Positions 44,971-55,448 of a stretch of DNA of 64,000 nt are shown here, in pieces. The DNA comes from an uncultured Chloroflexia bacterium. GTDB lineage: Bacteria > Chloroflexota > Limnocylindria > Limnocylindrales > CSP1-4. The stretch covers positions 65,302 to 129,301 of the forward strand of contig CAVWSL010000013.1 of NCBI GenBank assembly GCA_963757765.1, read 5' to 3'. Within the stretch, counting starts at the first letter, position 1, and each line of letters starts with the position of its first letter. The translations under genes and the position numbers were made by a program. The notes beneath the pieces are model-generated. The model had not been told where the DNA came from and made no database searches. It saw only the letters and a list, made by a program, of their open reading frames with translations.

Positions 44971-46597
44971 CACCATCACGCTCGTGGGGCTGTCCGCCAG
45001 CGGCAAGAGCAGCGTCGGCCGCCTGGTCGCGGATGCGCTGGGTCGACCGTTCATCGACCTCGACGCGCGCATCCGGGCCAGGACCGGCAGCTCACCCGCG
45101 CGCATCATCGAGCGTGACGGCGAGGCCCACTTCCGGCAGATCGAGGCGGCCGAGGTCCGGCGCGCGGCGGATGTCCCGGGCGCCGTCATCGCCACTGGGG
45201 GCGGAGCCGTCATCGACCCGCTCAACCGCTGGGCGCTGTGGGAGGCGGGGACGTCGGTCTGGCTCGACGCCCCCGACGAGCGGCTCGCGGAGCGGGTCCG
45301 TCGCTCTGGCGAGCGCCGGCCGCTCGTCGCCCGCGATCCGCTCGCCGCGCTGGCCCGTCTGCGCGCCGCCCGTGAACCGTTCTACGCCGCCGCGGATCAC
45401 CGGGTGGAGTCGGCCGGCAGCACCCGGACCGTCGCCGCCGCTGTGGTGGCCGCCGCCTCGCGGCCCCGGTCCAGCGCTCGTCGGCTGTATGACACGCACG
45501 CTCGGCGGGACCATCCGATGGGTCCCCGGACGGCGCACGTGATCTACGGCCGCGACCTGGACGCGGCGATGCTGGGGCCGGTCGTCACGGACGTCTCCAC
45601 GGGCACACCCGTGGTCGTGGCCGACGAACGGGCAGCCGCGGCGCTCCCAGGTCTCATGGCCGCGTTCCCCGGGGAGCGGCAGCTACGCATCGCGGCCGGC
45701 GAACGAGGCAAGCGGATGCGCTCCGTCGAGCGGCTGCTGGAGTCGGCCGCGGCGATGCGCGCGGAGCGTGGCGATGCCTGGATCGCGATGGGCGGCGGCA
45801 CGACCGGCGACCTCGTGGGCACGGCTGCAGCGTTCTACCTCCGGGGAGCGCCGCTCATCCAGGTGCCCACGACCTGGCTCGCCCAGTCCGATTCCGCCAT
45901 CGGCGGCAAGGTCGCCGTCGACCTGGCCGCGGCCAAGAACGCGGCAGGCGCGTTCTGGCCACCGGTGGCGGTCATCGGCGATGTGGCGGCGCTCCGGACC
46001 CTGCCTCGCCAGCTGCTGCTGGACGGTCTCGCCGAGGTGCTCAAGTCGGCCATCATCGGCGACCCCTGGCTCTGGTCGCTGCTCGAGACTCGCGGGGAGG
46101 CAGCGCTGGGCGAGGTGCCGGGCGGCACGCCCGACGAAGCAGCGCGGTACGCGATGGTCGAGCGTGCGATGCGCCTCAAGCTGGGAGTCGTGGACCGCGA
46201 CCCATTCGAATCGGGCGAGCGCCGGACCCTCAACCTGGGCCACACCCTGGGCCATGCGCTGGAGATCGAGAGCCGATACCGGCTGCCACACGGCCAGGCG
46301 GTCGTCCTGGGCCTGCGGGCGGTGACCGCCATCGCCGAGGGCCGGGGCGCCGAGCCCGGCCTCTCGGAGCGTATCGATGACCTGCTCCACCGCCTGGGTT
46401 ACCGGCTCACCCGCGTCTTCGATCGGAGCGCCGTCCGGGATGCGCTCGGATCCGACAAGAAGCGGGTCCGCGGCCGCCAGCGCTGGATCCTGCCGATGGG
46501 CATCGGTACCGTCGTCGACGTCGATGATGTGACCGAGTCGGAGCTCGACCTCGCCCTCGACCGCATCACGCCCTTCGCCCGTGGTGACCGGGCATGA
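44963..46597 (+). CDS. aroKB: Fused shikimate kinase / 3-dehydroquinate synthase
   Basis: One 544-aa frame. The AroK part has LVGLSASGKSSVGR (P-loop) and ATGGGAV. The AroB part has GGGTTGDLVG, SAIGGKVAVD, LNLGHTLGHALE and HGQAV. Confidence 0.9.
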   Translation: MPDTITLVGLSASGKSSVGRLVADALGRPFIDLDARIRARTGSSPARIIERDGEAHFRQIEAAEVRRAADVPGAVIATGGGAVIDPLNRWALWEAGTSVWLDAPDERLAERVRRSGERRPLVARDPLAALARLRAAREPFYAAADHRVESAGSTRTVAAAVVAAASRPRSSARRLYDTHARRDHPMGPRTAHVIYGRDLDAAMLGPVVTDVSTGTPVVVADERAAAALPGLMAAFPGERQLRIAAGERGKRMRSVERLLESAAAMRAERGDAWIAMGGGTTGDLVGTAAAFYLRGAPLIQVPTTWLAQSDSAIGGKVAVDLAAAKNAAGAFWPPVAVIGDVAALRTLPRQLLLDGLAEVLKSAIIGDPWLWSLLETRGEAALGEVPGGTPDEAARYAMVERAMRLKLGVVDRDPFESGERRTLNLGHTLGHALEIESRYRLPHGQAVVLGLRAVTAIAEGRGAEPGLSERIDDLLHRLGYRLTRVFDRSAVRDALGSDKKRVRGRQRWILPMGIGTVVDVDDVTESELDLALDRITPFARGDRA

Positions 46598-47028
46598 GGA
46601 TCCTGCTGCTCAACGGGCCGAACCTGGGACGGCTGGGACTGCGCCAGCCGGAGATCTACGGCTCGACGACCCTGGCCCAGGTCATCGAAGCGAGCCGCGA
46701 CCGGGCCACGGCGCGTGGCTCGACCCTGGATGCCTTCCAGTCCAACCATGAGGGAGCGCTCATCGATCGCCTCGAGCAGCGCGACTACGATGGCGTGGTC
46801 ATCAATCCCGGCGCGTTCACCCACTACAGCTACGCGTTGCACGACGCGTTGGTGGCCGCGGAGACCCCGGCCATCGAGATCCACATCAGCGACATCCGGA
46901 CCCGCGAAGCGTGGCGACGGGTGTCGGTCATCCAACCTGCCGTGACCGGCACCGTGATGGGCAAGGGCTGGCAGGGCTACGTGGAGGCTGTGGACCGACT
47001 CATCGACATCGTGGAGGGCACACCGTGA
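46594..47028 (+). CDS. aroQ: Type II 3-dehydroquinate dehydratase
   Basis: Contains MRILLLNGPNLGRLGLRQPEIYG, FQSNHEG, INPGAFTHYS and EIHISD. Confidence 0.95.
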   Translation: MRILLLNGPNLGRLGLRQPEIYGSTTLAQVIEASRDRATARGSTLDAFQSNHEGALIDRLEQRDYDGVVINPGAFTHYSYALHDALVAAETPAIEIHISDIRTREAWRRVSVIQPAVTGTVMGKGWQGYVEAVDRLIDIVEGTP

Positions 47029-48508
47029 TCGCACCGGTGGCACCTGGGACCGGGGACGCGCTCGACGCGGACCGCGGACCGGACGGCGGCAGGATCGCTG
47101 TCATCGAGCTGAGCGCTGATACGCTCACACCCGTCGCAGCCGCGTTGCGGCTCAAGGATCGCCTCGCGTTCATCCTCGAGAGCGTCGAGGGCGGCGCGCG
47201 ATACGGGCGCTACTCGTTCGTGGGCGTCCGGGGCCGAACGCTCATCGTCGACCAGGGCGAGGCGGTGGTGTGGGACGCTCACTACCGGGAGCTGGAGCGG
47301 TTCGCGGAAGCCGACCCGCTCGAGGCGCTCCGACGGGTGCTCCCGCCGCGCGCTGAGGCATCCGGCTTCCCATTGCCGCTCGCAGCAGGGGTCGGCTTCG
47401 TGTCCTATGACGCTGCCGCCCGGTGGGAGAAGCTGCCCGTTCCCGACGCCGACCCGGTGGGCCTGCCCGAGGCGCTCTTCCACATGCCCTCGGTCGTCAT
47501 CGCCTTCGACCACCTGGCCCAGACCGCGACCCTCGCGACACTGCTCGACGGAGGCGCCGACGGGCGTCTGGCATCGGTCGCCGCGCAGCTCGCGGTCCCG
47601 TCCGCGGATGAGGCGCCGACGCGCCTGTCAGGGGCCGGCCAGCGGGCCGTCCGCCACGTGCCACCGGCCGCGGACCCGGTCTACGAGGCTGGCGTGGCCA
47701 AGCTCGTCGAGGACATCCACGCGGGCGAGATGCTCCAGGTCGTGCCCGCGCGACGGTTCACGGTGCCCAATCGAGCCCCCGCGCTGACCATCTACCGTGC
47801 GTTGCGGCGCATCAACCCATCGCCCTACCTGTTCGCGCTCGACCTGGGCCCGGGCAGCTCCATCCTGGGAGCCTCGCCGGAGCTGCTCGTGCGGGTGCGC
47901 GACGGCGAGGTCGTCACCCGGCCGCTCGCCGGGACGCGGCCACGCTCCGACGATCCGGTGCGCGACGCTGAGCTGGAGGCGGACCTGCGCGCCGACGAGA
48001 AGGAGCTGGCCGAGCACGCCATGCTCGTGGACCTGGCTCGCAACGATGTCGGGCGGGTGGCCGAGCCGGGCAGCGTCGAATGGCCGCTGCTGTATGGCGT
48101 GGAGCGCTACTCCCACGTGATGCATCTCGTCTCGGAGGTGCGCGGACGGCTGCGCTCCGACCGCGACGCGTTCGATGCGGTCCGCGCGACGTTCCCCGCG
48201 GGCACCCTCAGTGGGGCGCCGAAGGTGCGTGCGATGCAGGCCATCGCCGAGGTCGAAGGCGCTCGACGGGGCGCGTACGGCGGCGCGGTCGGCTACTTCT
48301 CGCCCGACGACACGGAGATCGCGATCACCATCCGGAGCGTGGTGCTCCGGGACGGGGCCGCCTTCGTGCACGCCGGTGCGGGCGTTGTCGCCGACTCGAT
48401 CCCCGCTCGTGAGTCGGCGGAGGTCGCGGCGAAGGCCGGGGCGGTGCTGACCGCGCTGGCCCAGGCAGAAGCGACGATGGCGGCTGCGGCCGGGGAAGGG
48501 GCCGAGGC

Positions 48509-48512
<4 letters not shown>
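47025..48512 (+). CDS. trpE: Anthranilate synthase component I
   Basis: Contains LESVEGGARYGRYSF, PSPY, GTLSGAPKVRAM and RGAYGGAVGYF. GTG start overlapping the aroQ stop. Confidence 0.9.
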
Positions 48513-49153
<641 letters not shown>

Positions 49154-49167
49154 AGCCACGTCCGAAG

Positions 49168-49197
49168 GCCTGCCCGAAGGTCCCTGTTCGGGCAGGC
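49168..49197 (+). terminator. Hairpin after trpG (no U-tract)
   Basis: GCCTGCCCGAA-GGTCCCTG-TTCGGGCAGGC forms a perfect 11-bp stem. It starts 15 nt after the trpG stop. Confidence 0.5.
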
Positions 49198-49212
49198 GGG
49201 ACGCCTGCTACC

Positions 49213-51375
49213 GTGCCCGGGATGTCAGGATCGCACGCACACGAGGGTGCTCGACCGGGTCCTGCCGCCGATACCCGCGCCCGACCCTTGGCTGCCCCTG
49301 CCCGCGCGGACGTCGCACCCCGGGCACCCGAGGTGCTCGAGCCGGTGTCCCTGGAGCCGGCGCGGATGACCGAGCTGCTGACACGTCCCGCGGACGGCAC
49401 GACGGCGCCGACGCCACCACCCCACGGACTCTCCCGAGGACAGATGCTCGCCCTCCAGCGGACCGTGGGCAATCGCGCCGTCACCAGCGTCATGCGCTCG
49501 GTCGCGCAACGGGTCGCCATCAAGGAGCCGACCAGGACCGAGACGCTCTACAACACGCCGGTCGCGGGTGGCCAGGCCACGGCCAACCAGTACACGATGA
49601 ACCCGCAGTACGAGATGACCCGCAGCGGTGACACGGGCGTGACCGTCACGGTGCGTATCAAGTTCCTGAGTCAGGCTCGCAATGGCGTCGACCCCACCTC
49701 GCCCGGAGCGCCCGCGGGCACCCCCGCGCTCGGCACGCTGCTCGGATCGCCCACCGAGATCCCGGCGTCCGATCCGCGTCGGGCATGGGCCACCGGCGTG
49801 GCCGCCGGCGGCGTCGCACATTGGAACGGCCACCTGACACTCGTCGGCGAGGAGTGGAACCTCACCGAGGACAACACCAGGAAGCGGCTGCCGGTCACAT
49901 TCCAGTCGGTGCCGGTCTTCGGCATCGGCGAGACAGCGCATTCGCAGATCATCGTCCATCCCTCCTCGGTGGTCGCCGGCTCACCCGGTCAGCCCATCGA
50001 CGCCGGCAACTACTACATGAACAAGGGCAACTACGGCGGTGACGAGAAGGTCATCGCCGCGCACGAGTACGGCCACCTGCTGGGTATCCCCGACGAGTAC
50101 AGCCAGAGCAACGAGCAGCTGAACGCGCTCATCCATCAGGCAGCTCCCGGCACGGCGCCGAGCGCCCGAGCGGCGCTGGACCGCATCACGGTCCAGCGGA
50201 TGGTCCTCGCGGCGCTCCGGCAGCCGATGTACAGCCAGCTGTCAGCGACGCTGCCGGAGGTCACGGAGGCGCTGCGGGCCAAGCGGCAGCTGGTCAAGAC
50301 ACGCATGGCTGCCGCGGCGCGGGAGAGTGTCGTGAGCGCCGAGGTTCGCGACGAGCTGCAGGCACAGCTGACCGTGGGCGCAGACTCCAAGCTCGGCGCG
50401 AGCGTGCCAGGCGTCGTCGCGTTCGAGACGACCGCGAACTTCAGCAACGTCAGCCGGGCGGACGAGGGAGTGGAAGCGGGCTTCTCCACCGCGGCCCTGA
50501 CCAAGCACATCGGGGACGGCTACTGGAAGGCGTTCCTCGATGCCGGCAGCGCCAACGTCGCGGTCGCCGGCCTCGGCGACGTCCGCCTGAACGTCCAGGG
50601 CTCGGTCCCGGCCACGACAGCCACTGGTGGCGCCCAGGCAGGCCCAGCCGCAGGACTGGCCACGAGCGCGGTGGGGGCAACCGCGGCGCCGGGGTTGCCC
50701 ACGATCGCGCCGCCGACGAGCCTGACCGGGAAGCTGACCGCCCTGCCAGCGACCTGGGGAGCCGCGGGTTCGGCGGTCGAGACCGGCGTCACCGCCGCCG
50801 CGTTCTCGGGCAAGATGGTGGCCACGCTCAAGGCTGCAGCCGCGAGTGCGGCGGCCGCGGCCGCCGCACTGCCACCCGGGGTCGTGCCGAGTCCCAGGAT
50901 GCAGCGTGCACGAGAGCTCTACGCGCGGGCCTACCAGATGGTCACCAACGCAGCGCGGACGGCGTCGCGGCAGGTGGCCACGGAGCTCATCGCGACCACC
51001 ATCGACCCCATCCTGACGGCGAGCGTCAGCGACCTCCAGACGACCATCGACACGGAGGTCGGTCGGATCATGACCACACCCGCGGCGGGTGTCGCGGCGC
51101 TCGGTACGCCCGATCCGAACATGGTCGCGATGGTGGCGGCGATGAAGGCGCGGCTCGACGCGGACAAGGCCGCGACCGCGGGTGGTGGTCGCGACCCACT
51201 CGGTGCCCCGGGCGGCACGGCCCCTGCCCAGGACGTGACCTACAGCTACCAGGGACTCATGGGCTCGAACGCGACGACCGCGCTCCGACCCGACCAGTTC
51301 GGCCCCATGGTGACCCAGTTCAACAGCAAGCTCACCACCCTGTTCGAGAAGAAGTTCACGGCCGAGGTCAGATGA
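49213..51375 (+). CDS. Large (about 720 aa) Ala-rich protein with an N-terminal LQRxxGNxAV motif and a snapalysin-like HExxHxxGxPDEY zinc-peptidase motif
   Basis: LALQRTVGNRAVTSV lies at aa 80-94 (nt 49453-49482 cover LQRTVGNRAV). AAHEYGHLLGIPDEY is at nt 50062-50100. The composition is protein-like (N, Y, K, I, F present) despite long Ala/Gly/Thr tracts. No signal peptide was seen. The start is GTG 49213 or ATG 49222. Confidence 0.65.
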   Translation: MPGMSGSHAHEGARPGPAADTRARPLAAPARADVAPRAPEVLEPVSLEPARMTELLTRPADGTTAPTPPPHGLSRGQMLALQRTVGNRAVTSVMRSVAQRVAIKEPTRTETLYNTPVAGGQATANQYTMNPQYEMTRSGDTGVTVTVRIKFLSQARNGVDPTSPGAPAGTPALGTLLGSPTEIPASDPRRAWATGVAAGGVAHWNGHLTLVGEEWNLTEDNTRKRLPVTFQSVPVFGIGETAHSQIIVHPSSVVAGSPGQPIDAGNYYMNKGNYGGDEKVIAAHEYGHLLGIPDEYSQSNEQLNALIHQAAPGTAPSARAALDRITVQRMVLAALRQPMYSQLSATLPEVTEALRAKRQLVKTRMAAAARESVVSAEVRDELQAQLTVGADSKLGASVPGVVAFETTANFSNVSRADEGVEAGFSTAALTKHIGDGYWKAFLDAGSANVAVAGLGDVRLNVQGSVPATTATGGAQAGPAAGLATSAVGATAAPGLPTIAPPTSLTGKLTALPATWGAAGSAVETGVTAAAFSGKMVATLKAAAASAAAAAAALPPGVVPSPRMQRARELYARAYQMVTNAARTASRQVATELIATTIDPILTASVSDLQTTIDTEVGRIMTTPAAGVAALGTPDPNMVAMVAAMKARLDADKAATAGGGRDPLGAPGGTAPAQDVTYSYQGLMGSNATTALRPDQFGPMVTQFNSKLTTLFEKKFTAEVR

Positions 51376-52073
51376 TGCGTCGGCTCGCGACGTTCAGGTG
51401 GCAGACGCCGGCACCGACCTCCGTCGACGAGGAGCTGGTGCTGTTCGATGACGGGACCACCTGGCTCGTGGTCCGCGGCCCGCGCCGCGAGGACGCCACC
51501 ATCGGCAGCTACCGGTCGCGGCCCGCCGACGCGGACGCGCGCCAGCTCAAGGCAGCGGGCGATGGGCCCCATTCCTTCGACCTCCGGGCCCCAACGGACC
51601 CCGCTCGCGCCGACCTGCTGGCGCTCGCTGAGCGGGTCGCGGAGGGCTGTCGGGCGAGCCCGCGGGCCGTGGTCACGTTCCATGCCCATCTGCCGGCCGC
51701 CGAGCCGGACGGCACTGCCGGCATCACCCTGCTGGCGGTCGCGGGTGGCGTCGACCCGGTGGAGTTCGAGCTCGATCCCGGGCCATCCTCGATCCACTAT
51801 CTCGACCGCAATGGCCAGCCGATGTCCTGGCAGGAGCTGCCGACGCCCCAGACCGGGTTCGTGACCCCAGACGCGGAGGGCCTCGGCGGCCTCCACCGGG
51901 CCGCCGTCATCCGGCCGGGCGCCTACGGTGCCATGACGTTCGCCAGCGTCCGTCCGGCTGGCGCAGCATCCGCCGCGATCCTGGTCGCTGGCTGGCTCCG
52001 GGACGCGTTCCCGGATGCGCCGAACCCGGAACGGTTCCTCGTGCGCACCGCATCGACGCCCACGCCTTCCTAG
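51372..52073 (+). CDS. Hypothetical 233-aa protein translationally coupled to the metallopeptidase-like gene
   Basis: ATGA overlap at 51372-51375. Beta-rich-looking sequence (ELVLFDDGTTWLVVRG...AVVTFHAHL...GITLLAVAGGVDPVEFELDP). No family was recognised. Confidence 0.55.
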   Translation: MMRRLATFRWQTPAPTSVDEELVLFDDGTTWLVVRGPRREDATIGSYRSRPADADARQLKAAGDGPHSFDLRAPTDPARADLLALAERVAEGCRASPRAVVTFHAHLPAAEPDGTAGITLLAVAGGVDPVEFELDPGPSSIHYLDRNGQPMSWQELPTPQTGFVTPDAEGLGGLHRAAVIRPGAYGAMTFASVRPAGAASAAILVAGWLRDAFPDAPNPERFLVRTASTPTPS

Positions 52074-52099
52074 CCACCGGCGGCGGTCGTCGCCCAGCG

Positions 52100-52999
52100 T
52101 CAAGCGGGGTAGCGGTGGAACCCCTGCCCCGTCTTGCGACCCAGATGACCGGCAGCGACCAACGCCCGAAGGACGTCCGGCGGCCGGAACCGGTGCTGGT
52201 CCAGGCTGGACGCCAATGCCTCCAGGATGCTCAGGCAGACGTCGAGGCCGATGCGGTCGGCGAGCTCCAGGGGGCCCAGCGGATGGCCGAGCCCCAGGCG
52301 AGCCGCGGCGTCGATGTCGACAGCGGTCGCGACTCCCTCCTCGAGCTCCCGCATCGCCTCCGCGAGCAGCGGGAAGAGGGCGCGGTTGACGACGAAACCC
52401 GGTCGGTCCGCGCTCAGGAGCGGGGTCTTCGCCATCGATTCCGCGAGGTCCCGGACGAGCTCCAGGGTGGCGTCACTCGTGTCGGGTCCCCGGACGATCT
52501 CCACGAGGGGCATCGCCGGGACCGGGTTGAAGAAGTGCATCCCGATGACCCGCGAACGCCGGTCGACCGTGACGGCCGTTGCGAGGGAGGCGATGGACAG
52601 CGAGCTGGTGTTCGAGGCGAGGATGGTGTGGCGGGGCGAGATCCGGTCGAGCTCAGCGAACAGTGATCGCTTGGTCGCCACGTCCTCGGTGACCGCCTCG
52701 ATAGCGATGTCGACACCCGACACGCCAACCGCCAGGTCGGGCGCGACCGACACCCGTGAGCGTGCGGCGGACGCAAGCTCGTTGGTCAGCCGCCCCGATG
52801 CGACCAGTCGGTCGAGGCCGGCGGAGACGCGTGCCTGACCGGCATCCGCGCGCGCACGCTCTGGCTCGAACAGGCGAACGTCATGACCGGCCACCGCAAG
52901 GGCCTGAGCGATGCCGTGGCCCATCTGGCCGGCACCGCAGACGAGCACGTCGCATCCCTCCACGCCCGGAGGGTACCGCCCTAGGCGGCGATCATTCAC
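52100..52999 (-). CDS. 3-hydroxyacyl/3-hydroxybutyryl-CoA dehydrogenase
   Basis: Contains VLVCGAGQMGHGIAQ (Rossmann), SNTSSL, HFFNPV, GFVVNR and a C-terminal helical domain. The start is GTG 52999 or an internal GTG near 52963. Confidence 0.85.
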   Translation of the reverse strand: MNDRRLGRYPPGVEGCDVLVCGAGQMGHGIAQALAVAGHDVRLFEPERARADAGQARVSAGLDRLVASGRLTNELASAARSRVSVAPDLAVGVSGVDIAIEAVTEDVATKRSLFAELDRISPRHTILASNTSSLSIASLATAVTVDRRSRVIGMHFFNPVPAMPLVEIVRGPDTSDATLELVRDLAESMAKTPLLSADRPGFVVNRALFPLLAEAMRELEEGVATAVDIDAAARLGLGHPLGPLELADRIGLDVCLSILEALASSLDQHRFRPPDVLRALVAAGHLGRKTGQGFHRYPA

Positions 53000-53904
53000 A
53001 GGAAGAACGGCGGGCTCGTCAGGATGTAGCGATCCACGGCGACGACCGGGTGATCTTCGAGCAGATGCATCGTGAACGGGTCGAGCCGGTAGCGGCGCGC
53101 CAGGAGCCAGTCGGTGGCGGCCACGTTGGCGAGCGGCACGGTCAGCGAGAGCGGCTCATCGCTGCGGGCGAGCGCGTCGGATTCCACGACGCCGATGGCG
53201 CCGGGCATGTCGGCCGGGTCCAGCGTGGCGATGGGCCCCTGACGCCTGCCACCGTAGGCATAGCCGACCGGCGTGTCGCCACGCATCAGGATCCAACCCG
53301 GGCCGCGGGCGGCGAGCCAGGCATGATCCGGGTCGCGGCGGGCACCGAGGACTCGAGCGTCGATGGCGCCGATGTGCGCGAAACGCTCCTGGATCGGCGA
53401 CTCCGCCATCGGTCGCGCGACCAGGCCCTCGCGCAGCGGCGCCGGCGGCGTCGTCGGCCGCCCTTCGAAGGCATACAGCACCGTCGTCGGGCGCATGCCG
53501 TGGCGGAGATATCGCGACAGCGCGGCTGGGTCCGAGGTCGCGAGGATCGAGCGATGCTGGACGTCGGTGTCGGGGAACGCCCGGGATATCAGCTCCCGCC
53601 CAACGCCTCTGCCCTGGGCCTCCGGCAGCGTGAAGAACTCGGTCAGCTCCCGGGTGTCGGCGCGCCGGATGGAGCGGGCATAGCCGACCAGCTGCCCGTC
53701 GAGCTCGGCGCCCCATGCCTCGTCCGCGGTCGCCTCGAGGTGCTCGAACAGGGGTCGCCACTTGAGCCACTCGGTCTCATCCTGCTCCACCCATGGCCAG
53801 CTCTGTCCCTGGCGAACGAGCAGGTCGGCGAGTGAGCGCCGGAAGATGGCATATGCGGTCCAGGTGTCGCCCGGTTCCAGTCTGCGGAACGTGAGGTCGC
53901 TCAT
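52996..53904 (-). CDS. GNAT-family acetyltransferase-like protein (two-lobed, 302 aa)
   Basis: Contains LPEAQGRGVGRELI (Q/RxxGxG/A acetyl-CoA motif). 4-nt overlaps on both sides. Confidence 0.65.
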   Translation of the reverse strand: MSDLTFRRLEPGDTWTAYAIFRRSLADLLVRQGQSWPWVEQDETEWLKWRPLFEHLEATADEAWGAELDGQLVGYARSIRRADTRELTEFFTLPEAQGRGVGRELISRAFPDTDVQHRSILATSDPAALSRYLRHGMRPTTVLYAFEGRPTTPPAPLREGLVARPMAESPIQERFAHIGAIDARVLGARRDPDHAWLAARGPGWILMRGDTPVGYAYGGRRQGPIATLDPADMPGAIGVVESDALARSDEPLSLTVPLANVAATDWLLARRYRLDPFTMHLLEDHPVVAVDRYILTSPPFFL

Positions 53905-54881
53905 GACGCCTCGCCCACGAGCCCGGCCAGCAGCACATCGGCGGCGGTCTCGGGGTCGGTGCGATGACCGGCGACGGCATCGACCAGCTGGTCGAGCTCG
54001 GCGCGGGCGACGTCCGTGGTCAGCCGAGCCCGGACGCGATCCATGACCAGGCTCATGACCTGCGCCTCCGCGCGGACGCGGGCGGTGGTCGAGCCTCCCG
54101 GAGCGTCGACCACGGGTGTGCGCCGGTCGATGGCGGCGAGCAGCTCCGGCACGCCGACACCGGTGAGCGCTGACACCAGCAGCACCTCGGGTCGGCGAGG
54201 GTGTGGTCGGTCCCCCATCGCCAGATCCTGCTGGGCGCCGACCGTGAGCATCGCCCGGAGGGCGGCGGCGGCCTGATCCGCACCTGGCCGGTCGGCCTTG
54301 GTCACCGCCACGATGTCCGCGACCTCCAGCAGACCCGCCTTGAGCGCCTGGACCTCGTCACCCATCTCGGGCGCCTGGACGACGACCGTCGTGTCCGCGA
54401 GCGAGGCGATCTCGACCTCACCCTGTCCGGTGCCCACGGTCTCGATGATGACCAGCCCGAAGCCGCAGGCGTCGAGCACCGAAGCGGCGTCGACGGTCGC
54501 GACCGCAAGCCCGCCGGCATGACCGCGCGCGGCCATGGAGCGGATGAAGACACCATCGTCCGCGGCGTGCTGCTGCATCCGGACCCGGTCGCCCAGGATG
54601 GCGCCGCCCGTGATGGGGCTCGACGGGTCCACCGCCAGCACCGCGACCATGCGTCCCTGCTCCCGGGCCTGGGCGACGAGTGCCGTCGCGAGAGTGCTCT
54701 TGCCCGCTCCTGGTGGCCCCGTGATGCCCACCAGGTGGGCCGCACCTGCGAGTGGATACAGCATCTCCAGGGCCGCGCGCGCGAACGACGTCCGGTCCTC
54801 GACCTCCGTCAGCAATCGACCGAGCGCCCGGCGGTCACCCGCACGGGCGGCCGTGGCCAGCGCCCGGCCCGCATCGGTCAC
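53901..54881 (-). CDS. meaB: Methylmalonyl-CoA mutase-associated G-protein chaperone (MeaB/ArgK)
   Basis: Contains [22 protein letters not shown] and VTKAD (NKxD-like). 326 aa. Confidence 0.9.
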   Translation of the reverse strand: MTDAGRALATAARAGDRRALGRLLTEVEDRTSFARAALEMLYPLAGAAHLVGITGPPGAGKSTLATALVAQAREQGRMVAVLAVDPSSPITGGAILGDRVRMQQHAADDGVFIRSMAARGHAGGLAVATVDAASVLDACGFGLVIIETVGTGQGEVEIASLADTTVVVQAPEMGDEVQALKAGLLEVADIVAVTKADRPGADQAAAALRAMLTVGAQQDLAMGDRPHPRRPEVLLVSALTGVGVPELLAAIDRRTPVVDAPGGSTTARVRAEAQVMSLVMDRVRARLTTDVARAELDQLVDAVAGHRTDPETAADVLLAGLVGEAS

Positions 54882-55285
54882 GTGTGGCGCGGTCGGACGT
54901 TCGCGCGCAGATAGTCCGCGACCTGCGCGATACTCGTGCCGGGCCCAAAGACCGCGGCCACGCCGGCGGCCTGGAGCACCGGCACATCCTCGTCGGGGAT
55001 GATGCCGCCCGCGGTCACCAGGACGTCGGTCATGCCCTGGTCGCGCAGCAGCCCGGTGATACGCGGCAGGAGCGTGAGATGGGCGCCCGACAGGATCGAG
55101 AGACCCACCACGTCCACGTCCTCCTGCACGGCCGCCGACACGATCATCTCGGGGGTCTGCCGGATGCCCGTGTAGACGACCTCGAATCCCTCGTCGCGCA
55201 ACCCCCGCGCGAGCACCTTGGCGCCACGGTCATGGCCGTCGAGGCCCGGCTTGGCGATGAGCACCTTGATGGGACGGTCGGCCAT
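54878..55285 (-). CDS. Cobalamin-binding small subunit/domain of an acyl-CoA mutase
   Basis: [29 protein letters not shown] carries the DxHxxG B12-binding motif, and [11 protein letters not shown] is also present. 135 aa from the ATG at 55285. Confidence 0.9.
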   Translation of the reverse strand: MADRPIKVLIAKPGLDGHDRGAKVLARGLRDEGFEVVYTGIRQTPEMIVSAAVQEDVDVVGLSILSGAHLTLLPRITGLLRDQGMTDVLVTAGGIIPDEDVPVLQAAGVAAVFGPGTSIAQVADYLRANVRPRHT

Positions 55286-55448
55286 GGCCCCGATGATAGC
55301 GGCGGTCGGTGTCGGGCCAGAGCCCCTCGAGACGCGCCAGTCGCCCCGGTCGTCCCGGGTCGTCCTGCGTATGCTCACCGCTGGACGGCTCGCGTACCGT
55401 TGGCAGGTGGCTGGACCGGACGTCGACATCTAGCTGGATGGACCCGAG

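Noticed and set aside
44429-46597. The 722-aa ORF read as one protein
   Set aside because: The first 178 codons overlap aroE out of frame and are not protein-like. The AroK P-loop protein starts at the ATG at 44963.
49213-52073. Treating the metallopeptidase-like pair as the tail of the aromatic operon
   Set aside because: An 11-bp perfect hairpin and a 59-bp gap separate it from trpG. This breaks the otherwise unbroken pattern of overlapping junctions, and the functions are unrelated. Read-through cannot be excluded.
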